Source of the DNA: Actinomycetota bacterium
Lineage (GTDB): Bacteria; Actinomycetota; Acidimicrobiia; Acidimicrobiales; Ilumatobacteraceae
Assembly (NCBI GenBank): GCA_030685215.1
Contig: JAUXQB010000278.1
Coordinates: 2,599-66,598 of the forward strand
Length of the DNA: 64,000 bases
Direction: 5' to 3'
The notes beneath the pieces were generated by a model that was not told where the DNA came from, ran no database searches, and worked only from the letters and a program-made list of their open reading frames with translations. A program made the translations under genes and the position numbers. Each line of letters begins with the position of its first letter. The stretch's first letter is position 1. Positions 63,053 through 64,000 of the stretch are shown here, one piece after another.

Positions 63053-64000
63053 TCAGGCGCCGTGCGTGACCACGCGGCCGGCGCGGACGACGGTGCGGCC
63101 CGGGGCGCCGAACGCGATGGCGTCGCGCACCGTGCGAGCGGGCGCGATGACGAGGTCGGCGACCTGGCCGACCTCGGGACCCGCGACGGGCAGCCCCATC
63201 AGCTGGCGCACTCGGTCGCTCACCATTCGATATGCGTCGTGGGGGAGCACGTGGCCCGCCATCACCATCAGGCCGGCGGTCTCCAGGCAGTCGCCGCGGC
63301 CGACGGGGTTGAACGGGTCCTGCAGGTTGTCGGCCCCGGCGGCCACGTTGACGCCGGCGGCGCGCAGCGCCTGGATGGCGGTGAGCGCACGCGGCATCGC
63401 CACCTGCTGGGCGCGCCCCTGCAGGAACAGGTTGCTGCTGGGCAGGGCGATCACGCTGATGCCGGCCGCGGCGAGCTGCTCGGCCACCTGCGCCTGCACC
63501 GTCGCTGGTTGCACGCCCAGGCTGACGCAGTGGCTGGCGCTCACCCGGTGCGGGAAGCCGCTGGCGAGCACTCGCGCGGCCAGGTCTGGGAGCGCGAACC
63601 GGCTCGGGTCGAGCGTCTCGTCGGTGTGCAGGTCGACCGGCAGGCCCGCCTCGGCCGCGATGGTGAGGAACTCGTCGTTGGCCGCGTGCGGGTCCGACTC
63701 CAGGTGCGGGCAGCCGCCGATGCCGTCGATGCCCATCGCGATGGCCTCACGCAGGAGGGCGCGCTGCTCGGTGCCCTCCGGCCCGATGCTGGGCCACCCG
63801 CACAGTGCGAACACCTCGAGGTGCACGACGTCGTGCAGGCGTCGCCGCACCTCCAGCAAGGCCCGCACCGACATCAGTCCGTTGTCGGTGGTGAGGTCGG
63901 CGTGCGTGCGGATGGCGGTGGCGCCGTTGGCGGCGATCAGGCGGGCAGCACGTTCGGCGCGTACCACCGTGTCGGCTTCGGTGAGCAGGTGACGGTGGCT
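63053..64000 (-). CDS. amidohydrolase, cytosine-deaminase-like (5' end outside window)
   Basis: The frame stays open to the window edge. 'IRTHADL', 'GGCPHLE', 'VDLHTDE', 'SASHCVSL', 'AAGADNLQDPFNP' follow the CodA-type metal-ligand order. Confidence 0.75.
   Translation of the reverse strand, partial: SHRHLLTEADTVVRAERAARLIAANGATAIRTHADLTTDNGLMSVRALLEVRRRLHDVVHLEVFALCGWPSIGPEGTEQRALLREAIAMGIDGIGGCPHLESDPHAANDEFLTIAAEAGLPVDLHTDETLDPSRFALPDLAARVLASGFPHRVSASHCVSLGVQPATVQAQVAEQLAAAGISVIALPSSNLFLQGRAQQVAMPRALTAIQALRAAGVNVAAGADNLQDPFNPVGRGDCLETAGLMVMAGHVLPHDAYRMVSDRVRQLMGLPVAGPEVGQVADLVIAPARTVRDAIAFGAPGRTVVRAGRVVTHGA

Noticed and set aside
1-64000. Looked for mobile elements, prophage, toxin-antitoxin or defence systems as the possible novel system
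   Set aside because: No transposase, integrase, recombinase, nuclease/helicase/ATPase defence-type proteins or flanking inverted or direct repeats were seen. Every credible ORF is metabolic, transport or envelope-biosynthetic, so the glycan locus is the only candidate for something undescribed.

Overview
This is a very GC-rich (about 70% by eye), densely coding chromosomal segment of actinobacterial type. I saw no rRNA, tRNA, CRISPR array, transposase, integrase or phage genes. All calls rest on motifs I recognise in the supplied ORF translations plus reading the DNA around start and stop codons; no database search was run.

Layout:
(1) 1-6272 (+): tyrA' and aroA run straight into a translationally coupled operon. 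It encodes what looks like the whole decaprenyl-phospho-arabinose (DPA) donor pathway: a HAD phosphatase, the UbiA-type DPPR synthase, a SAM methyltransferase, DprE1 and DprE2.
(2) 6900-39775: about 33 kb of envelope-glycan genes. They include an AftD-like 1437-aa arabinofuranosyltransferase, seven more multi-pass membrane proteins that look like GT-C glycosyltransferases (three form a paralogous family I cannot name), and four GT2 enzymes of the polyprenyl-phosphate-sugar-synthase type. There is also a GT4, three more methyltransferase domains, two AT3 acyltransferases, a GMC flavoenzyme with two SDR epimerase/dehydratases, and a membrane-embedded spermidine-synthase-like protein.
(3) 39826-41575: an AlkA-like glycosylase and an enoyl-CoA hydratase.
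(4) 42043-47931 (-): an Opp/Dpp-type ABC importer.
(5) 48071-64000: a nucleobase and small-molecule metabolism neighbourhood. It holds PPK2, a three-subunit molybdenum hydroxylase, a purine phosphoribosyltransferase, creatininase-family and M20 amidohydrolases, a YidE-type transporter, a NitT/TauT-type ABC importer, an SDR and a cytosine-deaminase-like amidohydrolase.

The most interesting content is the glycan locus. It has the parts for periplasmic assembly of an arabinofuranose-containing, methylated and acylated polymer from several lipid-linked sugar donors, and several of its components have no assignable family.

Other observations:
- A roughly 90-nt structured repeat occurs twice, both times between convergent genes.
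- 4-nt start/stop overlaps are pervasive.
- A -10-like TANNNT hexamer lies 6-10 nt upstream of 13 start codons, implying leaderless or near-leaderless mRNAs. I used this to choose start sites.
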